DNA of 64,000 nucleotides from Candidatus Fraserbacteria bacterium (GCA_037440025.1 JBBIUX010000002.1:15379-79378), one strand, 5' to 3'; shown: positions 36,757 to 46,336, numbered from the stretch's first letter. The notes: a model not told the origin generated them from the sequence alone. Numbers and translations are program-made.

Positions 36757-37290
36757 TTATTGTGTAGCAGCACCATTAGAGCTACCAACGGCTAAACCCA
36801 ATACAAAAGCCGCAAGGCCTACCAGAAGGATAGCTCCTATGTCAGTTTTATATTCTTCTTCGCTTTCTAATTTCTTGGATAGATTGTAAAACTCTTGCGC
36901 TTCTTCTCTAGTTAACAGCTCACCACGCTGAGATCGAGCAACATAAGCCTTAATCTTCTCTAACTCCGAGGCTGTAATGGGATTACCTGCCTTGACTCGG
37001 CTTAACAATTGCTGAATAGCACCTTGAGCATATTCCAAGTAGGGTTTTTGAACTCCTTGGATTTCAGCAGCTGTAAAGCCTTTCTTAGTGGATAGGACTC
37101 CCAGAAGCAACCCATAAGAATTCATGAGGGCGGAGATGCTATTGAGGCCATTGGCTAGATCAGACCGGATCGCTCCCACATCGTGAGCGAGTTTAACTCC
37201 AAGTGCACTGATCTTTCGCCAGAGAGTGAAGAAACCACCAATCAGGGCTACAATGGCCCCAAGCACCGCCAATATTTCGCTTAACTCCAT
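36757..37290 (-). CDS. Hypothetical membrane protein, visibly AT-richer than its neighbours
   Basis: TM helices at both termini; 177-aa ORF with SD AAGGGG. Confidence 0.7.
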   Translation of the reverse strand: MELSEILAVLGAIVALIGGFFTLWRKISALGVKLAHDVGAIRSDLANGLNSISALMNSYGLLLGVLSTKKGFTAAEIQGVQKPYLEYAQGAIQQLLSRVKAGNPITASELEKIKAYVARSQRGELLTREEAQEFYNLSKKLESEEEYKTDIGAILLVGLAAFVLGLAVGSSNGAATQ

Positions 37291-37374
37291 AATGACCCCT
37301 TGTTTAATAGTTTGCCCATTTTACCCTAAGAAGTCAAGCTTGCGCACACTTGCTCTGAAAATCTATAATGAACC

Positions 37375-38889
37375 ATGCCCAAACGTCCATATGTGCTTAT
37401 CGTCCTAGACGGCTGGGGGATGCGCCAAGAGACCGAATGGAACGCCGTCGCGTTCGCAAAGACCCCCAACTTCGATCATTATTGGGAGATCTGCCCCCAT
37501 ACGCTCGTGCGCACCGACGGGCGCTTCGTTGGTTTGCCCGAAGGGCAATTTGGAAATTCTGAAGTCGGCCATCAGAATTTAGGTGCTGGCCGTGTCGTTG
37601 TTCAGACCTCAACTCGTATCTCCGGCGCTATTCGCGACGGCAGCTTTTTCACCAATCGCGCGCTTCTGGACGCCATCACCCACGCCCAAGGCAGCCGACT
37701 CCATCTCATGGGGCTGACCAGCGACGGCGGAGTACACAGCTCGCTAGCGCACTTGTTCGCGCTGATAGAATTAGCTCAGCGTGAACACGTTTATAATCTT
37801 CATCTTCACGCCTTTCTCGATGGGCGCGATACCCCGCCGACCTCTGGGGCTGGCTACGTGAAGCACGTGCGCGAGTTCTGTGAGCAAGCGGGCTTCGGGC
37901 AGATCGCTACGGTGATGGGCCGTTACTGGGCCATGGACCGCGACAACCGCTGGGATCGCACGGAGAGGGCTTATCGAGCTTTGCGCTTCGCTGAAGGGCT
38001 GAGAGATAATGGCCCTCCGGAAGCTGCCGTCGAGCGCGCCTATCAACGCGGAGAGACCGACGAGTTTATTAAGCCCATCGTTTTCGACCCGGAAGGCATC
38101 ATTCGCGATGGCGACGCTGTGATCTTCTTTAATTTTCGCCCTGACCGTGCACGACAACTCACACGCGTTTTCACCGAGGAGAGCTTCGCTCAGTTCAATC
38201 GCGGTCCCTGCCCCAAGGCAGAATTCGTCACGCTGACCCAGTACGATGAACGCTTTCACGTACCCGCAGCATTCCCCGCCGAAGAGCCTCTGAAAAATAT
38301 CTTCGGGGAAGTTCTCAGTCGGACCGGGCTGACGCAGCTCCGTCTCGCTGAGACCGAAAAATACGCGCACGTCACGTATTTTTTCAATAATGGGCGCGAA
38401 GCCCCCCTCCCCGGTGAAGCGCGCCAGCTTATACCTTCCCCCAAAGTCGCAACCTATGATCTGAAGCCGGAGATGTCTGCCTATGAAGTGACGGACGCAG
38501 CCGTGCAGCATATTACAAGTCGCCAGTATGATTTTGTCTTGGTAAACTATGCCAACCCGGATATGGTGGGACACTCCGGCGTCTTTGAAGCTGCGGTCAA
38601 AGCCGTCGAAGCTGTGGACGACTGTCTGGGGAAGACCGTGGAAGCGACGCGCTCCGTTGACGGAGAAGTTTTAGTGACGGCTGATCACGGCAACGCAGAT
38701 ATAATGCGAGACGAACATGGGCATCCTCATACGGCGCACACGTGCAGCCCCGGACCACTGATCTATATTGGGCCACGCAATCTGAGATTATCTGATGGCG
38801 GTGCGCTCTGCGATGTCGCACCGACGCTGTTACAATTGATGGGGTTGGAGAAACCAAAAGAGATGACGGGGCGGAGTCTGATAAGATAG
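37375..38889 (+). CDS. gpmI: 2,3-bisphosphoglycerate-independent phosphoglycerate mutase
   Basis: LDGWG, GNSEVGH, SDGGVHS, DGRDT, ETEKYAHVT, TADHGNA. Confidence 0.97.
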   Translation: MPKRPYVLIVLDGWGMRQETEWNAVAFAKTPNFDHYWEICPHTLVRTDGRFVGLPEGQFGNSEVGHQNLGAGRVVVQTSTRISGAIRDGSFFTNRALLDAITHAQGSRLHLMGLTSDGGVHSSLAHLFALIELAQREHVYNLHLHAFLDGRDTPPTSGAGYVKHVREFCEQAGFGQIATVMGRYWAMDRDNRWDRTERAYRALRFAEGLRDNGPPEAAVERAYQRGETDEFIKPIVFDPEGIIRDGDAVIFFNFRPDRARQLTRVFTEESFAQFNRGPCPKAEFVTLTQYDERFHVPAAFPAEEPLKNIFGEVLSRTGLTQLRLAETEKYAHVTYFFNNGREAPLPGEARQLIPSPKVATYDLKPEMSAYEVTDAAVQHITSRQYDFVLVNYANPDMVGHSGVFEAAVKAVEAVDDCLGKTVEATRSVDGEVLVTADHGNADIMRDEHGHPHTAHTCSPGPLIYIGPRNLRLSDGGALCDVAPTLLQLMGLEKPKEMTGRSLIR

Positions 38890-38894
38890 AGAGT

Positions 38895-38995
38895 CCCTCA
38901 CCCCCGGACCTAACCCCAACCCCTTCCCTAAAGGGAAGGGAGCTCCCCTCCCTCTTCAGGGGAGGGGCTGGGGGCCAGGTCAGGCGGGGTGAGGG
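38895..38995. repeat. Family A palindrome (38907-38981) nested in a CCCTCACCCC...GGGGTGAGGG stem
   Basis: Direct comparison with the reverse complement of 776-855. Confidence 0.9.
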
Positions 38996-39010
38996 CCAGA
39001 AAGAAACTCT

Positions 39011-39370
39011 ATGGCCGAACTGAAACGCATCAGCAGCGAACTTGGCGATATCTATATCTCCGAGCGCGCCATCGCGCAGATTTGCGCAAAAGTCGTGAGC
39101 GAGCAAGAGGGCCTGCGCACGCCGCGCCAAGCCCGCGAAAGCTCTGGTTTTTTAAGCACCATCACCCAGGTCGTGAAAGGCGATGGCATCGAAGTCCTCA
39201 AAGAAGACAGTCGCCTGATGGTTAAGATGTCGCTTTTTGCCGTGTACGGCGTGCGCATTCAGGAAGCAGCCCAGAAGACGATCACAGAGATCAAAGCCCG
39301 GGTGCGCGAGCTGGCTGGTTTGGAGATCGACGACGTCACCATCGAGATCACGGGGATCGTCAAACAGTGA
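39011..39370 (+). CDS. Asp23/Gls24 family protein
   Basis: LGDIYISERAIAQI...GIEV...YGVRI...GLEIDDVTIEITGI. Confidence 0.88.
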   Translation: MAELKRISSELGDIYISERAIAQICAKVVSEQEGLRTPRQARESSGFLSTITQVVKGDGIEVLKEDSRLMVKMSLFAVYGVRIQEAAQKTITEIKARVRELAGLEIDDVTIEITGIVKQ

Positions 39371-39373
39371 ACG

Positions 39374-40075
39374 ATGCATTCCGACGAGATCGTTGAGCTT
39401 TTCTCGAAGATCGCGCACCGTTACGACCGCGCCAATCACGTCTTGAGCTGCAATCGCGATAGGGTGTGGCGGCGCGAACTCGTTGCACAAGCAACTCCCC
39501 GCCCCAACGAGCGCCTCTTGGACTTGTGCACTGGGACCGGTGATGTCGCCATCGAATTCGCCATAGCTTGTCCGACTCTACAGATTGTCGGACTTGATCT
39601 GTCCAGGGAGATGCTCCAGGTAGCCAAAGAGAAGCTCGCCCAACTCGGTCTTGACCAGCGCGTTCAGTTAGTCGAGGGTAATGCTATGGAGCTGTCGTTT
39701 GCTGAAGATTCTTTTGAGATCGTGACTATAGCGTTTGGCTTGCGGAATTTGCCCGACAGAGTGCGCGGATTGAGAGAAATCCATCGCGTGCTCGCACCCG
39801 GAGGGCGTGCGCTCATTCTTGAGTTTTCCCTGCCTCAAGGGCGTCTCGTGCGATTAAGTTATCTGGCTTATGTACGTCTTCTGTTACCCTGGCTGGGAGG
39901 ACGCTTGACGGGGGACAGTGCCCCCTATGAGTATCTGCGCGACTCGATTGTGCGTTTCCCCGACCGCGCTCAGATTCTCGAAGAGCTATATGAGATCGGC
40001 TTTCGTCCCGTGGGGTATCGTGACTTCACGGGGGGAATCGCAACGCTCTACTGGGGCGGGAAGGCCAGCTGCTGA
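39374..40075 (+). CDS. menG: UbiE/MenG-family quinone methyltransferase
   Basis: FSKIAHRYDRANHVLS, LDLCTGTGD, AFGLRN, ILEFS, YEYLRDSI. Confidence 0.88.
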   Translation: MHSDEIVELFSKIAHRYDRANHVLSCNRDRVWRRELVAQATPRPNERLLDLCTGTGDVAIEFAIACPTLQIVGLDLSREMLQVAKEKLAQLGLDQRVQLVEGNAMELSFAEDSFEIVTIAFGLRNLPDRVRGLREIHRVLAPGGRALILEFSLPQGRLVRLSYLAYVRLLLPWLGGRLTGDSAPYEYLRDSIVRFPDRAQILEELYEIGFRPVGYRDFTGGIATLYWGGKASC

Positions 40076-41709
40076 GCTAACGTGTGCAACGCCCGACGGA
40101 TCAGCCAGACAATCACGACAACAGCGACCAAAAGCGCGATCACCAGCTCCCACAGCGAGAGCGCAGGCTGTGCGCGCACCGCCTTCACACCCGCCTCAAG
40201 CTCGGTTATTTGGGCTTTCAGTGTCCCCACGTCTGTCAAGAGCGCGCTGAGCTGTTGAGTCAAGTCAGTAAACCGTTGAGTCGTCTGATCACTCAGCTCG
40301 CGACTTTGGGTCTGCACAGCATCTAGTCTTTGTGATAAGCCTTGCAAAGTTCCCGACTGAGGAGCAAGTTGTTCGGTCAGCGTTTGGAGCTGGCGTCGTA
40401 GTTGCTCTAAGGCTTGGCGTGAAGCCACAAGCTCGTCTTGGTAGGCTTGCTTCTCTTTGCTCAGCTTGGCGAGACGCAGGCTGAGTTGGGCAATATTGCC
40501 CTGTGCCGACAGAAGAGGGCTCAAGTTGCGTTCTTGCCCTGACTGTACATCTTTGACCCACAGCTCTCCAGCGGGGCTGTCCGTGTCTACGAGGCGCAAG
40601 AACCCCAGCTCGTGATTCGATAGCCAGAAGGCAAATCCAGAACGCCCGTCGTCGGTGAGCCTGCGTAGCGGCGCCAGAGACCTGAGATTCAAAAGATACA
40701 GATCGCCTTGGGGGGATGGCCCTTCCCCAGGGCTGACGACAGTGAAGATCAAGCGTTCTTCATCCGGTGACAGCGCTGGGGCTAAGGCGATCCCTCCTCC
40801 CTCATAGAGGACTGCTTGCTCAGCCGTTTCTACAGTGATCTCGTAGAGGTTGACTTGCTGTTGGGCAGCGATGGCAAACGTCTTGTCATAGCCGTTTACG
40901 TAGAGTCGCTGCCCGTCGGGGGAAGCTATGAGGTAGAGTGGCGTGGGTATGAGGGGGAAAAATCCCCGAAGGATAGTCTGTTCGCAGCTACAGTTGATGC
41001 TGACGGTCGCCAGACGTCCTGAAAAGATGCGCACCGTTTCGGGGGTGATCTCCTCAGGGGCAGGCAGCACTTGCTCAGGAAAAATCTCTTCTACGCGAAA
41101 GACAAAGAGCCATTGCCCATCGGTGGTCCACAGGGGTCCCGGACCGTAGGGCGCATAGTAAACTCCGTGGGCATCTTGCATCAGCTTGAGGGCTCTCTCT
41201 TGCCCGGTATCTCGGTCAAAGAGATCCAGACTGAGACGGCCATCCCCGTCGCTGCGATAGTAGGCGATCTTTCGGCCGTCGGGGGAAAACGTCGGTCCCC
41301 AAACGAAGCCCTGATCCCCGGCCAGCAGCTCTGTGTGAATATTCTGTTGGCGGTCAAAGAGCATCACGCGCCAGGGGTGGGAGAGCGTCCCCAGCCCTAG
41401 GGGCGAACGGCCGGTCGCCCCCACGGGGCCTTCGACATAGAGCAGCCCTTGTCCATCGGGAGAGAACGCCGCCCACGAGAGATTCTCGCCCTCGGTGAGT
41501 ACTGACTGTGCGCGGCCTGTGGCAGGGTCAATCAGCCAGATATGCCCCGATGGCGGCAGAGCTTCGTATAAGCCGCGACTCTCGCCCGGCATGGTGAGGG
41601 CGATCAGACCGTCGCGACTGACGCTTATTCTGTTGGGCATGGGCCAGCAACCGCTGAGAACGCTGGCTACCAACAAAAGAAAACATCCGATGAGACTTCT
41701 CTGCCACAT
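40048..41709 (-). CDS. Lipoprotein with TolB/PD40-like beta-propeller, coiled coil and C-terminal TM helix
   Basis: Lipobox VLSGC; repeated FSPDG motifs; ~110-aa heptad region; terminal hydrophobic helix. Confidence 0.82.
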   Translation of the reverse strand: MWQRSLIGCFLLLVASVLSGCWPMPNRISVSRDGLIALTMPGESRGLYEALPPSGHIWLIDPATGRAQSVLTEGENLSWAAFSPDGQGLLYVEGPVGATGRSPLGLGTLSHPWRVMLFDRQQNIHTELLAGDQGFVWGPTFSPDGRKIAYYRSDGDGRLSLDLFDRDTGQERALKLMQDAHGVYYAPYGPGPLWTTDGQWLFVFRVEEIFPEQVLPAPEEITPETVRIFSGRLATVSINCSCEQTILRGFFPLIPTPLYLIASPDGQRLYVNGYDKTFAIAAQQQVNLYEITVETAEQAVLYEGGGIALAPALSPDEERLIFTVVSPGEGPSPQGDLYLLNLRSLAPLRRLTDDGRSGFAFWLSNHELGFLRLVDTDSPAGELWVKDVQSGQERNLSPLLSAQGNIAQLSLRLAKLSKEKQAYQDELVASRQALEQLRRQLQTLTEQLAPQSGTLQGLSQRLDAVQTQSRELSDQTTQRFTDLTQQLSALLTDVGTLKAQITELEAGVKAVRAQPALSLWELVIALLVAVVVIVWLIRRALHTLAQQLAFPPQ

Positions 41710-41733
41710 GGCTAAGCCCCCCTTATACGCAAA

Positions 41734-42261
41734 TTATTCTTTTTGTGACTCTTCGTAGAGCCGGCTCACAAACTCCAGCACGCGCCTTTGGTCAAGCTCA
41801 TCCAACAGTTCGACTTTCCTTCGGATGCGTTCCGGGAGCCCCGCTTCGGCTTCTTTGGCCACTCTCGCTAAGAGCGCCTTCTGCGCCAGCCGGTGGGCCT
41901 TCCAGTTGGCGTCGCGCTCAACACAGTTCACTTGCCAGTTGGGTAGTTTCTCCAAAAGCTCGTGGACTTGGCGATTGAGTGGCTCTAAATGAGGCCGACG
42001 AATACGATAGAGTCCGTTCACTTGGTTGGCCAGCAGTTGGCTGTCTGTAAAAAAAATGACGCGCTGGGGGTCGTAGGACAGCACGGACTTGATGGCCTCA
42101 ATGAGGGCACGGTACTCGGCGACGTTATTGGTCGTGCGGCCGATGTGTTCTGAAATTTCTTTGAGAATATTTCCGTGGTCATCGGCGATCACGATGCCGA
42201 TAGCTGATTCACCGGGGTTGCCCTGCGAAGCCCCGTCCACATTCACAAAAAGCTTCTCCAT
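41734..42261 (-). CDS. Ribonuclease HI-family protein
   Basis: VNVDGASQGNPG, TTNNVAEY, TDSQLL. Confidence 0.88.
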   Translation of the reverse strand: MEKLFVNVDGASQGNPGESAIGIVIADDHGNILKEISEHIGRTTNNVAEYRALIEAIKSVLSYDPQRVIFFTDSQLLANQVNGLYRIRRPHLEPLNRQVHELLEKLPNWQVNCVERDANWKAHRLAQKALLARVAKEAEAGLPERIRRKVELLDELDQRRVLEFVSRLYEESQKE

Positions 42262-42277
42262 ACATCCTCTCGCCGGG

Positions 42278-42350
42278 TGGGCCCAGGAGGATTTGAACCT
42301 CCGACCGACCGCTTATGAGGCGGTTGCTCTAACCCCTGAGCTATGGGCCC
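42278..42350 (-). tRNA. tRNA(CAT), probably Ile2 (lysidine-type); CCA not encoded
   Basis: GGGCCCATAGCTCAG...ACCGC-CTCATAA-GCGGT...TGGGCCCA-CCC; Ile-like acceptor stem. Confidence 0.85.
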
Positions 42351-42411
42351 TGCTCTAAAGCTACTATACTCCAGCGAGGCCGGGATCGTCAAACTGAAGC
42401 GAGTGAAAAGA

Positions 42412-42457
42412 TAACAAAGAAAAGAGAAGCGGCCCCGGAAGCCCTCCGAGGCCGCTT
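42412..42457 (-). terminator. Intrinsic terminator
   Basis: GCGGCC...GGCCGC hairpin followed by a U-rich tract on the minus strand. Confidence 0.65.
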
Positions 42458-42481
42458 ATGCGCTATCGGAGAATTCACCCT

Positions 42482-43666
42482 CTACGGGGAACACGTGCCA
42501 ATGAGTTGAGAGTAGACGTTGAGTTCGCCGCGCGCCCCGATATTGAGAATCCACAGCGCCATAGCATCCCCTTGAGGGATGAGTTGCACCTGCGTGGGCA
42601 CGATGGGGTCTCCCGAAATGGCAGCATCCAGTGGCAGTGTCAAGGACCACTTCAAGTCCTTGCTTAACAGGGTGACGCTCGCGCCACCACGATCCACACC
42701 GGTGTTGGTCACGACAACCCAGCACTTATTATCTGTAGCAATGCCACGCGGGGCATCGCCGACTTCAACTTCAGCAACAACGCTCGTCGGTTGCGGATCT
42801 ACGGAGAGCTGGCTGACGCTGTCGCCTACGCTGTTAACGACGTAAGCTGTGTCTCCGATCATCGCCATAGCCCGCGGGTAGGCTCCTGTCCCCACACACG
42901 CGCCGACCTCAATCTTCTCTTCACCTTTTTTGACTTTCTCGCCATCAGCATTGATGTTCTTGATCTCGCACACCTGCCACGTATCTGTATTGACGACATA
43001 GGCTTTGTCGCCCTTGAGCATAATATCGGCTGGGCTGGGATAGGTGGGGTTCTCTTCGCTGGGGTCGAGCTTCACGGTGGCAATCACGTCGCCTTTATCT
43101 GGAGCATCATTTTTGTAGGAGATATCCACGACACTCACCGTATGGGCGCGCTCGTTGACAGTAAAGGCACGCGTGCCATCTGCATTGACGGCAACGGCCC
43201 GAGGTCCCTGACCTACGGCTACCTTTTTGGGGGCCTTGGCTTCGGTGGGTTTGCCATCTTTGTCAAAGACCACTTGAGAGATATACAACGTGCCGTCGTC
43301 GAAGCCAGGAATGAACAACGCTTTTTTTGCCTCGTTGTAGGCTATATCTTGTGGGTTGATATTGCCGCGGATCTGGACCAGGCAGATTTCACCAGCAACC
43401 GGGCAGCCGCGGACCTTTTTGCCAGCAAACTTTAAGGTATTCGAGTCAGCCGCCACAAGAAAGACCGAGCTGTCTTTCCCCACACTGACAGCCACAAGGA
43501 CATATCGGCCATCGGCCGTGGACGTAAAACCGTTGACTTTGGAACCCCCAAGATCAAGTGTCGCTGAAGGCCGGAGACCAACGGGGTCCGCCGAGCTGGT
43601 AAGGAATATCATACTTAGCAACACAAGTGCTGCACCCAAAAACCTATATTTTCGAACCATCGTCAC
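42482..43666 (-). CDS. Secreted YVTN/YncE-like beta-propeller protein
   Basis: Signal peptide; VGQGPRAVAV...AFTVN, AYVVN repeats. Confidence 0.85.
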   Translation of the reverse strand: MTMVRKYRFLGAALVLLSMIFLTSSADPVGLRPSATLDLGGSKVNGFTSTADGRYVLVAVSVGKDSSVFLVAADSNTLKFAGKKVRGCPVAGEICLVQIRGNINPQDIAYNEAKKALFIPGFDDGTLYISQVVFDKDGKPTEAKAPKKVAVGQGPRAVAVNADGTRAFTVNERAHTVSVVDISYKNDAPDKGDVIATVKLDPSEENPTYPSPADIMLKGDKAYVVNTDTWQVCEIKNINADGEKVKKGEEKIEVGACVGTGAYPRAMAMIGDTAYVVNSVGDSVSQLSVDPQPTSVVAEVEVGDAPRGIATDNKCWVVVTNTGVDRGGASVTLLSKDLKWSLTLPLDAAISGDPIVPTQVQLIPQGDAMALWILNIGARGELNVYSQLIGTCSP

Positions 43667-44012
43667 GCAACCTCCTTTTGGGACGTGTTATGTGAGTAAC
43701 GTTGTCAGACTATATATCCCGCAACTGTATTAGAGATATAAAGTTGCTCTGCCTGACAGAATGGCATGTGCTCTTCTCCAGCCATCACCTCCCTTGGCTG
43801 ACTCCAGACCTGAAAGGTGAAAGTACTACTCACACTGTTAACTAAAGATTAGCACGAACGGGCGATATTTGTCAAGCAGCCTTCTCAGTTGGTTCCTCCC
43901 TGTTGTGCCGCTCCAGGGCAAAAGTAGCTGACTGGACTTGCCAAAACTGTTCCCGAGCCCACTCAGGAGCCCCTGTTGGCAATCGCTTCTGGGAAATGAT
44001 ATAATGCCCTTA

Positions 44013-45266
44013 ATGATGGCAAAACACATCCACCAACGATGGATATGGCTGAAGCTTTCACTAGGCCTAGTTTTGTTGGTTGGCGTGATAGCTTCGAGCG
44101 ATCCCGTTATCACTTTCAAGCTTACTCAGCATATAGACACCGGTTCTAGCACAACAGCCCTTGGCATTGGAGATCTCAACAACGATGGTGCCGTAGATCT
44201 AGTAGCGTCGATGGTGATTGTTGTCGATGAAGAGAAAGACCTCAAGAAGATCAATGTAGCTCTCTCTATGGGGCGCGGTGGAGGGGTTTTTACAGCACCT
44301 CAGTTGGTCGAGTTCAACTCCATCAGAGCAAGCGATACCGTGCAGGTTCCGCGCGGAAAAGTCCTCGCGCTCGGAGATGTGAATAGCGATGGGCAGCTGG
44401 ATGTTGTGCTCGCTTATCCCACGGGTGGAAGCGTCTGGGTCCTGCTGGGCGACGGGAACGGTCCGCTCCGCGCACTTTCGAGTCGCGATTTGCCTCGCGG
44501 CCTTCGAGATGTCAGTTCAGTAGCGCTAGCCGACTTCAATGGCGACAAACGTCTCGATATTATCTGCACGAACTTACAGGGAAGCGTCTATGTGCTTCTC
44601 AATAACGGCACGGAACAGATCGATCGCTGGGGCATCCAAGAGACATTTATCGGTGGAAGCCTGCAATCTATAGCTGTCAGTGACCTCAATGGCGATGCCA
44701 AGGTGGATGTGGTCGTGAGCAGCATTGGTAGGGCAGCGGTGCTTTTGGGGGACGGTAGAGGGGGCCTTCGTATTGAGCAGCGCTTGTCAGCAGGGCTTTA
44801 TTCGGGGGACTCCCCGGCGTGGATCGAGGTCGCTGATATCAATGGCGACACGTTTGGCGATTTAGTGACGGCCAATCCTGAGAGCGACCGTCTGCTAGTT
44901 TTTCCGGGGGACGGCACAGGGAGATTCGGTGAGCCTCGTGCGTGGCCCACCAGTGCTCTTGACCCACGTGCCATCGCCGCTGCCGATTTCAATGGAGACG
45001 GCTGGCTCGATCTGGCAGCAGTGAACTCTTCGAGCAACGCTGTCACTATCCATCTCAACGATGGTTTCGGCGGCTTTGGCCCTATAGCTCTGAGTGACCC
45101 CCCCAGAGGGAAATTTGTACGATCCAATAAGGCGATTGTTGTGCCAGTGGGGGCGTTGCCGGTGGGCCTCGCCGCAGGGGATCTCGACGGCGACGGCGAT
45201 CCTGATCTTGTGGTAGCAAACCAGGGGGATGACGCCGTCTCGGTCTTGATGAACGAAAGCCGATAG
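44013..45266 (+). CDS. Secreted FG-GAP/VCBS repeat beta-propeller protein
   Basis: Seven (G/A)D(L/F/V/I)NxDGxxD motifs; signal-like N-terminus. Confidence 0.9.
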   Translation: MMAKHIHQRWIWLKLSLGLVLLVGVIASSDPVITFKLTQHIDTGSSTTALGIGDLNNDGAVDLVASMVIVVDEEKDLKKINVALSMGRGGGVFTAPQLVEFNSIRASDTVQVPRGKVLALGDVNSDGQLDVVLAYPTGGSVWVLLGDGNGPLRALSSRDLPRGLRDVSSVALADFNGDKRLDIICTNLQGSVYVLLNNGTEQIDRWGIQETFIGGSLQSIAVSDLNGDAKVDVVVSSIGRAAVLLGDGRGGLRIEQRLSAGLYSGDSPAWIEVADINGDTFGDLVTANPESDRLLVFPGDGTGRFGEPRAWPTSALDPRAIAAADFNGDGWLDLAAVNSSSNAVTIHLNDGFGGFGPIALSDPPRGKFVRSNKAIVVPVGALPVGLAAGDLDGDGDPDLVVANQGDDAVSVLMNESR

Positions 45267-45372
45267 AAAGGGAAAAAGAGCGAGGTCAAGTCTAACAAAC
45301 GCTAATAGAATCAGCGTTTTTGGAAAATCGCCGCCGTATCCGTCAGGGTGGACTGTTAGGTCGGTATAATCT

Positions 45373-45822
45373 ATGGAAGTTCGGATCGAGTTGGCGCGCC
45401 TGGCATACGCCGAGAATATCTTGCGGTGCACCAATGAGCCGCCAGAGATGGTCGAAGACTTGCTCTCTTTAGACGGCGAGCTAGAGAAGGCGCGCCGGTG
45501 GTTTGCTTTTGCGGAGGCGAAGCGACGCTTTGACCCTAACATCGTGCGAGGACTGCTGGTCTATCTCTTCAGTCGCTATACGAGTACGGAGTTCGACCCG
45601 CACAAGCGTGAGCAGCTTGTCCGGGAGATCAATGCAGGGCGTGTGCGTATGCGCGATCTGACCATTGAACGTTTGGCTGGCACACGGTTGAGCTGGGAGC
45701 ATATCTTTCGCCTTGTAGGGTACCAGTTCAACCCCACTCGCGAGAAAGAGAAGATCAAAGAGCTTTATTTGCAGCTGTATTCCGGCAATGGTGCATTTAC
45801 GGAGGTGTCCTATGGACGATAA
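45373..45822 (+). CDS. Hypothetical helical protein, partner of a ZAS-like protein
   Basis: 149-aa ORF overlapping the next gene by 11 nt; possible C-terminal HTH. Confidence 0.75.
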   Translation: MEVRIELARLAYAENILRCTNEPPEMVEDLLSLDGELEKARRWFAFAEAKRRFDPNIVRGLLVYLFSRYTSTEFDPHKREQLVREINAGRVRMRDLTIERLAGTRLSWEHIFRLVGYQFNPTREKEKIKELYLQLYSGNGAFTEVSYGR

Positions 45823-46336
45823 CTACTCCGAGAACGACCTGCAGAAAGAGACGCTCGCCGATTTCACCGGGCTCTTTGCTGATCTAGATAAAACCCTCCA
45901 GTACAAAGATCACCCCGATCAAGATATCTTGCGCGCCTATATTGCCAACAGGCTGCTGGACGCCCCCAGGGCGGGGCGTGTCGGTATGACTTTTCGAGAG
46001 GAGCAAGCCTTTGAGGCATTCTTGCAGGGGCGACTTGTCCGATGGACGCGCTCAGATGTCGCTATGCACGTCTTGACGTGTCAGGTGTGCCAGCAACAGG
46101 TAATGCACTTGCGGGAGAGCCGCTGGCGATTTCTGGCTTTGGCACGAACGCAGCCTCCAAGAGAACAACGGAGTTGGCGCCAACGCTTCGCGATCGGGGC
46201 GATGGCAGGCGCAGCTGTGGTAGCGGTTATCTTCGCCTTATGGTTGTGGCCTCCTGTCCCTTCTCCCATTGACCTTCAGCAAGCGATTGATGGGGGTGTC
46301 ATGGTGGTGTACAGGGCGCCGGGAAGAAGATTTTAG
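45812..46336 (+). CDS. Zinc anti-sigma (zf-HC2/ZAS)-like membrane protein
   Basis: SD GGAGGT; HPDQDILRAY...HVLTCQVC then one TM helix. Confidence 0.75.
   Translation: MDDNYSENDLQKETLADFTGLFADLDKTLQYKDHPDQDILRAYIANRLLDAPRAGRVGMTFREEQAFEAFLQGRLVRWTRSDVAMHVLTCQVCQQQVMHLRESRWRFLALARTQPPREQRSWRQRFAIGAMAGAAVVAVIFALWLWPPVPSPIDLQQAIDGGVMVVYRAPGRRF

Noticed and set aside
25844-42350. tRNAs lacking encoded CCA (Leu, Lys, Ile2) as pseudogenes
   Set aside because: The cloverleafs are intact and CCA is commonly added post-transcriptionally
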